Below are positions 7,752 through 15,631 of a DNA stretch of 20,000 bases, piece by piece. A program made the position numbers and the translations under genes. Source of the DNA: an uncultured virus (IMG/VR IMGVR_UViG_3300032087_003293) (lineage: Duplodnaviria; Heunggongvirae; Uroviricota; Caudoviricetes); the IMG/VR virus record IMGVR_UViG_3300032087_003293; one strand, given 5' to 3'. Within the stretch, counting starts at the first letter, position 1. Each line of letters starts with the position of its first letter. Below the pieces are notes generated by a model, which saw nothing but the letters and a program-made list of their open reading frames with translations, was not told the DNA's origin and made no database searches.

Positions 7752-8181
7752 ATCCAGCTTGGAATTTCAAGAATTCAATTGAGTTTTTTATTTGGTATGT
7801 TCGGTTAGATATTTGTTTTAAAATACTATCAACATAGTTAATCATTGCATCATAATATTCAATCTTCATACAGACATTAGAAAGTCTTTCGTCCGCATCA
7901 AGATACTTATTCATAGCATCTTTATCCCTAACCTTTTTGGGGAAAGGATCTTTTACATATACTTCTGGATCTGCCTTACCAGAATAATATTCGTATCTTT
8001 CGTGCCTAATATTTTTTCTTTGTTGCTCTGCTTTTGCTTTTAATAATACTAGATTGTTGTAAATATCGTAGTATTTTGAATGCAGTACAGGAATATTTAG
8101 GGACTCGTGATGAAGGTTGTCAATATCAATCTGGGAATCTTTTTCCCACATTGATTTAATCATACTAATGTCAAATGTCAT
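7744..8181 (-). CDS. uvsY: UvsY recombination mediator
   Basis: MWEKDSQID...ESLNIP.LHSKY...YY.GKA...YLDAD...NRTYQIKN.IEF; lies between g3 and uvsW. Confidence 0.92.
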   Translation of the reverse strand: MTFDISMIKSMWEKDSQIDIDNLHHESLNIPVLHSKYYDIYNNLVLLKAKAEQQRKNIRHERYEYYSGKADPEVYVKDPFPKKVRDKDAMNKYLDADERLSNVCMKIEYYDAMINYVDSILKQISNRTYQIKNSIEFLKFQAGYG

Positions 8182-8747
8182 ACGTTCTGTTTCTTATTAA
8201 ATTCATTGGTTATGTGATACACACTATACTTGAACGTTACCGTTGCTGCAAAGTATTGGATGTCTGTATCTGTAGCATCAAATTCAAGATCAGATAATGA
8301 AATGGGAAACATGTCTTGAAACTTTATTTGAAAGTTTATATTTTCATTACTTGTTAATACTTGAAGAGTTCCATCTGAATAAACATTCATCTCCTGATTT
8401 GGTGAATATTTTTTACCTACCAAGTCAGTTTCTTTCTGCAAATTATATATTTGCTGAAGTGATTCTGGAAACCCTAATCCTCTTAACCAGTTTTGAATTT
8501 CAATATAGTTTTCTAAATCTTCATCTACTAAAAATCTAATACTAAAATCATTAAATTGCATCATATCTCCAGGAACTGGTATTCTGGAAAGATATGATGG
8601 TTGTTCTGCTACTCCCAGAGACATTCCTGGAATTGTTGCAGAATTGGTAAAATAGGAAAGTTTCGGTGCTCTAGTAATGGAAAATTTGAATCCTACTGGA
8701 GATAGAAAATTCCTATTTTGTATTTGTCTTTTATACGCATTAGACAT
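8178..8747 (-). CDS. g3: gp3 tail tube terminator / tail completion protein
   Basis: NRNFLSPVGFKF, IPG, PVPGD, FLVDEDLENY.EI.NW, SDGTL.VL, FP.SLS.LEF motifs; lies between g23 and uvsY. Confidence 0.9.
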   Translation of the reverse strand: MSNAYKRQIQNRNFLSPVGFKFSITRAPKLSYFTNSATIPGMSLGVAEQPSYLSRIPVPGDMMQFNDFSIRFLVDEDLENYIEIQNWLRGLGFPESLQQIYNLQKETDLVGKKYSPNQEMNVYSDGTLQVLTSNENINFQIKFQDMFPISLSDLEFDATDTDIQYFAATVTFKYSVYHITNEFNKKQNV

Positions 8748-8748
8748 G

Positions 8749-8766
8749 ATCTAAAGATCTTTAGAT
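8749..8766. repeat. Perfect 18-bp palindrome ATCTAAAGATCTTTAGAT
   Basis: Equal to its own reverse complement; lies between the late promoter motif and the g3 ATG. Confidence 0.95.
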
Positions 8767-8770
8767 ATTC

Positions 8771-8778
8771 TATTTATT
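8771..8778 (-). promoter_or_regulatory. T4-type late promoter for g3
   Basis: AATAAATA on the minus strand (NATAAATA consensus), 23 nt upstream of the g3 ATG. Confidence 0.75.
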
Positions 8779-8947
8779 ACTCCAGTCCCATCAAATAATT
8801 TCCAAGTGCTTCTCTAAGATCTTGCTCTGTTAACTCTGGTTCTTCTTTTAAATACTGCTCTAAAACATAAACACAATGATTCTTGATCGCATCGTCACTA
8901 GACCATGAAAGTCTGTCGTTTACAATGTCCCTTGGAGTTTTTAGCAT
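8777..8947 (-). CDS. Small hypothetical protein (56 aa)
   Basis: The likely start is the ATG at 8947 (MLKTPRDIVNDRLSWSS...), downstream of the g23 terminator and a CTAAATA motif. The tracked start at 9025 would read through the terminator. Confidence 0.65.
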   Translation of the reverse strand: MLKTPRDIVNDRLSWSSDDAIKNHCVYVLEQYLKEEPELTEQDLREALGNYLMGLE

Positions 8948-8966
8948 TCTTCCAAAACGGTTGATA

Positions 8967-8974
8967 TATTTAGG
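8967..8974 (-). promoter_or_regulatory. Putative late promoter variant for the 56-aa ORF
   Basis: CCTAAATA on the minus strand, just after the terminator U-tract and 19 nt before the ATG at 8947. Confidence 0.55.
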
Positions 8975-8975
8975 T

Positions 8976-9004
8976 ATAAAAAAAGACCCCCCGAAGGAGG
9001 TCTT
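8976..9004 (-). terminator. Rho-independent terminator after g23
   Basis: Minus strand AAGACCTCC-TTCG-GGGGGTCTT-TTTTT: a 9-bp stem with one G:U pair, a C(UUCG)G tetraloop and a U-tract, 17 nt after the g23 stop. Confidence 0.93.
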
Positions 9005-9021
9005 GAAGAAATGTGAATGGA

Positions 9022-10416
9022 TCACATGAGGTTCTTAACGGTTACACGTCTGTAGTAACGGTTAGAGTTGGTTTGTAGTCTACCAAGACCCTGGTTAGAA
9101 GCATCACCTTCTGCGAATGGGTTAGCAACTAGACCATAACGGGTCTTGAAGCCGATCTTAGGCTGGAAGGTGTTCTCACCAACTGCACGTACCATCTGGA
9201 GAGGTACATATGGGCAGTAGAAGAGACCTGCGTCATAAGGTGAAGAACCCTTATAACCTGCAACGTAATACTGGTTAGCAGCACTGTTTGCAGAATATGG
9301 GTCGATGTATACACGGAACTTACCGAGTAGAGTACCAGCAAAGGTGTTGCCAGTGTCATCAACGTTGAGGTTTGCATTGAGTGCAGGGGTGTAATCGAGT
9401 ACACCAGCCATGGCTAGAGCAGAAGCAACGTCTGCTGAGCACATGATGATGTTACCCTTTCCTCTACGAGTTCTTTGTGCGATTGCGTTAGCATCACGCT
9501 CGATTTGGAATAGTAGACCCTTGAACTTCTCAACAGACCAACGACCGTTGGAGTCGATGTCTAGGTCGAACTCACCAGCAGTTGCGGTGTTGACGGTAGC
9601 ACCTTGCTCAGCAACCTTGTAGATGGTTCTGATGACTTCACGGTTGATCTCAGCAAGAATCTCTGTGGAGAGAATGTTTGCGAGTTCAGCCTCAGCATTA
9701 AGACCGTGGATTGCCTTAATGTCTTGTGCTAGTTCTAGGGAGTACTCTGCCTTGAGTGCTCTGGACTTTGCAGTCACAGTAACTTTCTCAATGCTGAATG
9801 CCATCTCGTTGAACTGATCGGAGACGCCGAGGTTCTCAGCATCGTCAGTTCTCATGCCCTGACCAACGTTATATGCTAGTTCGTCAGCAGATGCGGTTGG
9901 GTTGAGGACGGAAGGATTGCTACCAGACTGTGCGGTAGTACCCATACCAGAAGCAACACCAGACATTCCAGAGGTGTTGTTGAAGCCAGAATCCTGACCA
10001 GAGAATGCGGTATCTGCTTCGTTGAATAGTGCTTCAGTTCCACTCTGGCTGGTGTAACGTGAACGCATTGCGAAGATGAGTCCAGTAGGACCACTCATTG
10101 GCTGAACACCTGCGAGGTCATATGCGACCAAGTTAGGCATTGAACGTCTAATTAGTGAAATTAGAACTGGGTCAAAACCTGCGGTGGTGGTGTCTCCACC
10201 TGCGCCAGTGTAACCACCATTACCAACTGCGTTGGTTGGTGCTTCTGCGAGGAAAGAACCAGACTGCTCAAATGCAGACTGCTCTCTTAGGAATTTCTCT
10301 TGGTTTTCTAGCAGGACTGCGGTAACTGCTCTCTTATGGGAATCTTGAATATTATCAAGACCCTGATGGTCGAGAACGGGTGCCCACTTCTCCTGCAACT
10401 GCTCGGAATTGAACAT
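9022..10416 (-). CDS. g23: gp23 major capsid protein
   Basis: KWAPVL, LLENQ, GFDPVLISLIRR, GVQPMSGPTGLIFAMR, AKSRALKAEYSLELAQD.KAIHGL, FQPKIGFKTRYG. Confidence 0.99.
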   Translation of the reverse strand: MFNSEQLQEKWAPVLDHQGLDNIQDSHKRAVTAVLLENQEKFLREQSAFEQSGSFLAEAPTNAVGNGGYTGAGGDTTTAGFDPVLISLIRRSMPNLVAYDLAGVQPMSGPTGLIFAMRSRYTSQSGTEALFNEADTAFSGQDSGFNNTSGMSGVASGMGTTAQSGSNPSVLNPTASADELAYNVGQGMRTDDAENLGVSDQFNEMAFSIEKVTVTAKSRALKAEYSLELAQDIKAIHGLNAEAELANILSTEILAEINREVIRTIYKVAEQGATVNTATAGEFDLDIDSNGRWSVEKFKGLLFQIERDANAIAQRTRRGKGNIIMCSADVASALAMAGVLDYTPALNANLNVDDTGNTFAGTLLGKFRVYIDPYSANSAANQYYVAGYKGSSPYDAGLFYCPYVPLQMVRAVGENTFQPKIGFKTRYGLVANPFAEGDASNQGLGRLQTNSNRYYRRVTVKNLM

Positions 10417-10463
10417 TGCGGTTTACCTATAAAGTGTTTGTTTTTGTTTGATTAATATTAAAT

Positions 10464-11606
10464 TCAGTTTTTAGCAAATGAAGAGAGTGTCTTCAGGTAT
10501 GCTGCCATAGATCCAGAAACTACTTCTGGAGCAGCATCAGAACCTTCGGATAGTGTCTCAGTTTTTGCCTTTGGAGCTGCCTTAGAAGAGAAATATGATT
10601 CTCTTAGCATTTCCAGTTTTTCACGATATTTTGCTTCACTTTCAAACTCAACACTTTCAGCAAGTGAAGCGAGCTTGTCCTTCTGAGTGTCTGCAAGACC
10701 ATCAGAAACTTGATCAAGAATACCCTCTGCTACAGCCTCTGCGAGACGGGAGTTTAGGGAAACATTCTTCTCAATCTGCTCGTTGAGTTTAGTCTCCATT
10801 TCATCAAGTTTTTCTACCATGCTATCGAGTACATTATACTTATCTTCAGGAATGGTTACATAATGTGCTTCAAAAAGATCCTTCATTCCAGAGAGGAAGG
10901 ATTCAGTCATTTCTGCCTTAAGTGCATGTTCGACAACGAGTTGGTTCTCGGTCATCCACTCTTCAGCAACATACTCTAGATAAGAGTCAACACGTGTGGT
11001 TAGACCCTCTTTAATTTCAGCAATCTCCTCAAGGAGTTGCTCCTCATATTTAGCCTCTAATGCTTCCTTGATTTCTGCAACCTTGGAAGTTAGTGCTGCT
11101 TCAAATACTACTTTTGCTTTCTCTTTAAACTCTTCGGAGAGTTCCTCTTCACCTAGAAGTGCGTTGACATCCTCTTCAATGTCATACTCCTCAGTTGCCT
11201 CTTCGACAACTTCTTCTTCAGATTCAGCAACAACTTCTTCTGCTGCTTCTTCTTCAGTGACAACTTCTTCTTCTGCAGTTTCTTCTTCAGCGACAATTTC
11301 TTCATCCTCTAGTTCTTCACTTTCTTCTTTCATACCTTTTGGCATAGGATCTGCCTTACCAGCAGACTTAGTAACAACATCTCTAACTTGCTTGAGTGTT
11401 GCACCTGGCTCTTTTAGTTTTGCGGAATCGTCGTCAGACTTGTAATTCTCGGGGGTAGGACCACCAAGATCTTCTACAGAAGCAAGTTGGGTTCCAGGAT
11501 CTGCCATTGTTGGCATTGGATCTGCAGCAGCAGCTCCAGCATTAACAGCAGTTTTGGATTGCTTAGTGCCTGCTTCCATTTCCTGTAAATTGTTGTCACT
11601 AGACAT
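10464..11606 (-). CDS. g22: gp22 prohead core scaffold protein
   Basis: Acidic coiled-coil protein with DLGGPTPEN, LSEEFK.KA..FEAA, VDSYLEYVAEEWM.EN; lies between g21 and g23; SD GGAG. Confidence 0.95.
   Translation of the reverse strand: MSSDNNLQEMEAGTKQSKTAVNAGAAAADPMPTMADPGTQLASVEDLGGPTPENYKSDDDSAKLKEPGATLKQVRDVVTKSAGKADPMPKGMKEESEELEDEEIVAEEETAEEEVVTEEEAAEEVVAESEEEVVEEATEEYDIEEDVNALLGEEELSEEFKEKAKVVFEAALTSKVAEIKEALEAKYEEQLLEEIAEIKEGLTTRVDSYLEYVAEEWMTENQLVVEHALKAEMTESFLSGMKDLFEAHYVTIPEDKYNVLDSMVEKLDEMETKLNEQIEKNVSLNSRLAEAVAEGILDQVSDGLADTQKDKLASLAESVEFESEAKYREKLEMLRESYFSSKAAPKAKTETLSEGSDAAPEVVSGSMAAYLKTLSSFAKN
11206..11310 (-). repeat. Degenerate 24-33-nt tandem repeat encoding EE(I/V)V(A/T/E)E units in gp22
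   Basis: Four plus-strand copies of acaa(c/t)ttcttc encode EEIVAEEETAEEEVVTEEEAAEEVVAESEEEVVEE. Confidence 0.7.
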
Positions 11607-11644
11607 TTGTAACTCTCCGTTTATCTTTTAGTTTAGATTAACTA

Positions 11645-11656
11645 TATTTATTTATA
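11645..11656 (-). promoter_or_regulatory. T4-type late promoter for g22-g23
   Basis: Exact TATAAATA (11656-11649) overlapped by a second AATAAATA (11652-11645). Confidence 0.88.
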
Positions 11657-11686
11657 AATTAAATTATTTTATGTAAAGACCACTAC

Positions 11687-12337
11687 TTATAGACTATTGA
11701 GAAAGTCATTGAAGAGACTAATCTTATGCTCTTCAAGTGCTCTTTGATCTACAAGAGTGTTGATTCTCTTTGCAGTTTTTGCTGCAATTTGTTCACGAAG
11801 GATGCCACCTTCCCATACCCATTCTTTACCTTCCATAATTCCCTGAACAAAAGCATCAGGTGCAGAAGGATCAGCAACGATATCAGCAGCAGTTGCTAGC
11901 ATGAAATCTTCACCGACTTCTGAATATCCTTCCTTAGTTGGACGGAGTGAACCAATACCTCTGGAAGAAACACCTAGACATACACCTTCTTTAAGAAGAG
12001 ACTCGGCAATCTTACCCATTGGTGTTGATAGGATTTGTGCCTTACCAATGAAGTCATTTCCCTTTTGCTCAAGAGAAACAATTTTATGTGAAACACGATC
12101 AAGATTAATGGTTGGACCATCTGGATGACCGAGTTCACCTAGAGCACGACCTTTAGAAATATGCTCATCAGCATATCTCTTTACTTCACGTTCCATTACG
12201 GAACGACGATATACTCTACCATTTCGGTTCTTTTGCTCGGTTTGGAGGAAAGGACCCTGAATATAAAGAAGTTTCTTACCGTTCTTTTCTTCGGTAATAA
12301 CCTCCACCTTTTCTATCTCTTCTCTAATTAGTTTCAT
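11687..12337 (-). CDS. g21: gp21 prohead maturation protease
   Basis: NRNGRVY, ALGELGHP (catalytic His), GVSSRG (catalytic Ser), DIVADPSAPDAFV. Confidence 0.98.
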   Translation of the reverse strand: MKLIREEIEKVEVITEEKNGKKLLYIQGPFLQTEQKNRNGRVYRRSVMEREVKRYADEHISKGRALGELGHPDGPTINLDRVSHKIVSLEQKGNDFIGKAQILSTPMGKIAESLLKEGVCLGVSSRGIGSLRPTKEGYSEVGEDFMLATAADIVADPSAPDAFVQGIMEGKEWVWEGGILREQIAAKTAKRINTLVDQRALEEHKISLFNDFLNSL

Positions 12338-12361
12338 TGTGAAAACTGTACTTATATTTTC

Positions 12362-12369
12362 TATTTAGT
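12362..12369 (-). promoter_or_regulatory. Putative late promoter for g21
   Basis: ACTAAATA on the minus strand, 24 nt upstream of the g21 ATG. Confidence 0.65.
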
Positions 12370-12373
12370 TTTC

Positions 12374-12649
12374 TTAACCTTCTAATGATACTGAATTGCA
12401 TCTCAAAGAGGAAGATCCACCACCAAGATATTGACCTGCTTCTTTTTTTATATAGATTGTTTCGGTAGGAGCCACTGCATATCTCGCAACAATATCAGAT
12501 CCAAATGCATCATTAGATACTTTAAAATTCTGACCACCATTAGAATAACTAACTACTCTAACATAAGTAGCATTATCAACAGTACTCCAAGATGTTGGTG
12601 TATGAAGGGTTGTTCCTTTTAATTTAATTGCTCTATGATCTGAAGACAT
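12374..12649 (-). CDS. Hypothetical protein (91 aa), paralog of 12649-12930
   Basis: TAATG overlap with the upstream gene; shares STxDxATYVR, APxE and IKKE with it. Confidence 0.85.
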   Translation of the reverse strand: MSSDHRAIKLKGTTLHTPTSWSTVDNATYVRVVSYSNGGQNFKVSNDAFGSDIVARYAVAPTETIYIKKEAGQYLGGGSSSLRCNSVSLEG

Positions 12650-12930
12650 TATTCTCTAGGGGATATTGGTGATGCATAAATGGTTCCAGAATTGCCGTGA
12701 ACAAACTCTGCTGGTTCTTTTTTAATAATAAAAGACTCTCCAGGTGCAATAATGGTACGTCCTACGTTGGTGGAGTCATTATTTGCAGTAGTTCTGATTT
12801 TTACATCATAAGCAGCAGAGTTACTAATGTTTGTAAGTCTGACATATGTAGCACTATCACAAGTACTATCATTGCCACTGCCTAACTGAAAATAATTTGC
12901 GTTTAAAGATTTAAATGGTCCCATTGCCAT
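12649..12930 (-). CDS. Hypothetical protein (93 aa), paralog of 12374-12649
   Basis: Strong SD (GGAGG-AATAAAAACA-ATG); shares motifs with the downstream gene. Confidence 0.85.
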   Translation of the reverse strand: MAMGPFKSLNANYFQLGSGNDSTCDSATYVRLTNISNSAAYDVKIRTTANNDSTNVGRTIIAPGESFIIKKEPAEFVHGNSGTIYASPISPRE

Positions 12931-12935
12931 TGTTT

Positions 12936-13037
12936 TTATTCCTCCATTGGTGCTGATTCGTCAGATGAATAACCAGGCGCACTATCATCTAGTGGCATAT
13001 CATCTGTTGTATCTGTAAGTGGATATTCTTCTTCCAT
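12936..13037 (-). CDS. Very small acidic ORF (33 aa)
   Basis: Manual translation gives MEEEYPLTDTTDDMPLDDSAPGYSSDESAPMEE*. SD GAGGA lies 6 nt upstream, and the ORF fills the gap with 2-nt and 5-nt spacers. Confidence 0.6.
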   Translation of the reverse strand: MEEEYPLTDTTDDMPLDDSAPGYSSDESAPMEE

Positions 13038-13039
13038 AT

Positions 13040-13207
13040 TTATTCCTCTTCAGATTCAACTTCAGTCTCATCAAAGACTGAGTTACCAATAGATGGCTTC
13101 AAAGCATCAATTTTTTCTGCACTTTTAGTAAAGAGAAGATCTTTAATCTTGTCACTGATATTTGCAGGAGATTCATCCTGCGTAATCATATCCATTAATT
13201 CTTCCAT
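13040..13207 (-). CDS. Small acidic protein (55 aa), positional equivalent of T4 prohead core protein gp67
   Basis: Manual translation gives MEELMDMITQDESPANISDKIKDLLFTKSAEKIDALKPSIGNSVFDETEVESEEE*. It lies directly after g20 and is preceded by a late promoter motif. Confidence 0.85.
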   Translation of the reverse strand: MEELMDMITQDESPANISDKIKDLLFTKSAEKIDALKPSIGNSVFDETEVESEEE

Positions 13208-13231
13208 AATTAGTAATTTGAGTAACGACTT

Positions 13232-13239
13232 TATTTATC
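13232..13239 (-). promoter_or_regulatory. T4-type late promoter
   Basis: GATAAATA on the minus strand, overlapping the g20 stop and 24 nt upstream of the ATG at 13207. Confidence 0.75.
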
Positions 13240-14911
13240 AGATCTCGGCATCTTTGAGATCTTTTGCACCAATTTCAGGTGCTGCAGTTGCTTGAGCATC
13301 TGCTTCCATATCAGGTTCCATTACTGGTTGACCTAAATCTCCACCTTCGGGTGCAAATGGCATTCCTGTTGCTGGATCAATTGTTGCTGGATCTGGAATA
13401 ATTCCTGCTTTGATTTCTTTCTCAATGAGTGCATCCTGCTCAACAATCTCTTCATCAGTCTGACGAAGAATCTTACGTCTTACATAATCTTGAGAATAAT
13501 ACTTGCCGATATATGGTTCAGCAGTTGCAACCATATTAAGTCTCTCAGTCATCAACTCAGTTTCTTTGAGTTCTGAGAAGTGGTTATCATATAGGAAATC
13601 GTATTGAATATGCTCACTCATTATCTCCCAATCTTCAGGAGTAACAATATTCTTAAGAATAAGTTGAGTCTTGAGCATATCATTGAACATATTTGAGAAT
13701 CTCTTTCTCAAACGTCCAACAAACTTTGTGAACTTGAGTTCGTCCCTTAGAATTTCTGAAGAACGACCAAGGTTGAAACCACTATCACCATCCATTCTTG
13801 ATGGTGGAACATTAAGTGACTGATAGAGTTTCTTTTTGAAATAATCAATATCAGTAATCTCTCCGAGGTTTTGACCACCTGGAAGTGTAGAGATTTCAGT
13901 TCCTCTACCACCTTCACGTCTTGGTAGCCAGAAATCCTCTAGCATACTCATATATTTTTTATCATCACGAATTTCACCAGTTCCAGCATCATAAACTAGT
14001 TTATTACGATAACGCATCATAACATCACGTAGATATTGTTCTGCTTTCTGCTTAGGTAGATTGCCAACATCAATGTAGAAAATTCTACGTTCTGGTGCTC
14101 TTGATAGTCTGTAAATAACAAGACTATCTTCAATCATACGAAGTTGATTGAGAGACTTGATTGCTTTATGAAGATATGATAGAGTAGTTCCCTTATTTCT
14201 ATCTACTAGTCCAGATGTACAATATGTGATTGCGTCCTTTGCAATTTTAACACCTTTTGAATCCATTGCTGATGGATTTGGTGATGGTTGTCCAATTTTT
14301 GGAGTGTACATAAAGTACTCTTCAATTTCTGGAAATACCGCATCCATCGGATCTTCATTGTTCTTACGAACCATTAATCCTGGATTTTTATTATCTGCTT
14401 TCTTAGTCTTACGAACATAACGCATCTTCATTGCGTCGATGTAACGTAATTCTTTGATACCCTCATGGGGTTTTTTGAGATCAATTACTTTATGGTAGTA
14501 TAACTTACCGTCGATGTACCAATTTCTATAGATCTCGTGGCACTTCTTATCAAAATCCAATAAATCTAGAATAGTTTTAAATTCTTGACGAATTTTTTTC
14601 TTAATGCCATCACTAGCATTTAGGTTTGATAATTCAATCTTTACAGGTGAATCATCAGAATCTGAAACAATTGCTTCATTTACAATATCCTCAATAGCAC
14701 TATCTACTTCAGGATGTAGAGACATTTCTCTATACCTTCTGAGTAGATCGAACTCTGTTCTATAGACACCTTCTATATCTACAAATGATCCGAAAAAACC
14801 ACTGGTTAAATAATGGTCAACCCCGTCCTCGTTTGAAGGAGGAACGGGGGAGACGACTGAAGGTGACTTTGGATCTGAATCTTCAATTGAAAATCCAAAA
14901 AGTCTAGCCAT
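13238..14911 (-). CDS. g20: gp20 portal vertex protein
   Basis: LFGFSI, YREMSLHPEVDSAI, WYIDG, SYLHKAIK.LNQLRMIEDSLVIYR..RAPERRIFYIDVGNLPK.KAEQY, EDFWLPRREGGRGTEI.TLPGG. Confidence 0.99.
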   Translation of the reverse strand: MARLFGFSIEDSDPKSPSVVSPVPPSNEDGVDHYLTSGFFGSFVDIEGVYRTEFDLLRRYREMSLHPEVDSAIEDIVNEAIVSDSDDSPVKIELSNLNASDGIKKKIRQEFKTILDLLDFDKKCHEIYRNWYIDGKLYYHKVIDLKKPHEGIKELRYIDAMKMRYVRKTKKADNKNPGLMVRKNNEDPMDAVFPEIEEYFMYTPKIGQPSPNPSAMDSKGVKIAKDAITYCTSGLVDRNKGTTLSYLHKAIKSLNQLRMIEDSLVIYRLSRAPERRIFYIDVGNLPKQKAEQYLRDVMMRYRNKLVYDAGTGEIRDDKKYMSMLEDFWLPRREGGRGTEISTLPGGQNLGEITDIDYFKKKLYQSLNVPPSRMDGDSGFNLGRSSEILRDELKFTKFVGRLRKRFSNMFNDMLKTQLILKNIVTPEDWEIMSEHIQYDFLYDNHFSELKETELMTERLNMVATAEPYIGKYYSQDYVRRKILRQTDEEIVEQDALIEKEIKAGIIPDPATIDPATGMPFAPEGGDLGQPVMEPDMEADAQATAAPEIGAKDLKDAEI

Positions 14912-14933
14912 AATTAAGTTATCCGTTTTTTAC

Positions 14934-14941
14934 TATTTATC
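14934..14941 (-). promoter_or_regulatory. T4-type late promoter for g20
   Basis: GATAAATA on the minus strand, 22 nt upstream of the g20 ATG. Confidence 0.78.
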
Positions 14942-14946
14942 TCAGA

Positions 14947-15594
14947 TTATTTGATGGATCCTGGTCCATCGTTAATTTCAAAGTACTGAACCTGGAATTC
15001 AACGGTGAATTCTTCAATGGTATCAGTGGTATCATATGAAAGATCAATAGCAGAGATATTGGTTGGGAAGATGTCAATGAACTTGTAGGATCTTAGAATT
15101 GTAGAATCTCCACTTCCAGTTGAGTTTCCTCCAGGTCCAGTTTGTGAGACATCATTACGAACCTTAGTTCCTTCTCTTCTGTCACTTCTTCCAAGTTGAT
15201 AGACATTAGCATCTACCATGTAAGAAGATGGATTGACTGCACCAGTTGCATTGTCAAGTTTAGATAGAAGGTTCATCCATGCCTCAAATGCATGTCTGAT
15301 TCTGAAGTCTTCATCATTGATAACTGTTACTGTCCAGGTATCAAATGTTCTGTCTCCAGCAACTTTTAGAGTACGACCTCTAAAAGGAATTTCGATTGCA
15401 GCAACGTTTGATGCAGGTAGAGCAGCAGTTTTGCAGAAGAATCTGAAATCAATCTTTTCTTCTGCACCCCAATAAGAACGAATCTCATCAGGAAACTTAT
15501 CAAGAGTAACTTCAAAGATATTGGGTCTAGCACCGCCACCAGCTAATCTGGTTTTGAATGCTGATAAGTTTTTGAGTGATGGTGTGTTTGCCAT
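14947..15594 (-). CDS. g19: gp19 tail tube protein
   Basis: GGARPN.FEV, LPAS, PFRGR.LK.AGDRTF..WTVTV.NDEDF.IR..FE.W, FPTNIS.IDLSY, IEEFTVEF. Confidence 0.97.
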   Translation of the reverse strand: MANTPSLKNLSAFKTRLAGGGARPNIFEVTLDKFPDEIRSYWGAEEKIDFRFFCKTAALPASNVAAIEIPFRGRTLKVAGDRTFDTWTVTVINDEDFRIRHAFEAWMNLLSKLDNATGAVNPSSYMVDANVYQLGRSDRREGTKVRNDVSQTGPGGNSTGSGDSTILRSYKFIDIFPTNISAIDLSYDTTDTIEEFTVEFQVQYFEINDGPGSIK

Positions 15595-15631
15595 TTTAGA
15601 ATAATCTCCCTTGTTTTAATTTATTACTAGA

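Noticed and set aside
5308..8186. Identical AACGTATGA at the g55/g47 and g3/uvsY junctions
   Set aside because: Only 9 nt, 4 of which are forced by the ATGA overlap.
8777..9021. No g24 vertex protein gene after g23
   Set aside because: As I recall, this absence is usual for T4-like cyanophages, so it is not a distinctive feature.
8948..9025. N-terminal extension of ORF 8777-9025
   Set aside because: It would be translated through the g23 terminator; the ATG at 8947 after a promoter motif is more plausible.
9022..10416. Visibly higher GC in g23 than in neighbouring genes
   Set aside because: Explained by Ala/Gly content and codon bias of a highly expressed gene; the gene is in its normal position.
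10996..11445. 149-aa Ser-rich plus-strand ORF, and the other short plus-strand or alternative-frame ORFs in the track
   Set aside because: The Ser-rich ORF is the antisense reading of Glu codons in g22. The others lie within well-supported genes and have no recognisable motifs.
15618..15625. AATAAATT upstream of g19 as a late promoter
   Set aside because: It mismatches the final A of the consensus in an AT-rich spacer, and g19 can be co-transcribed with g18.
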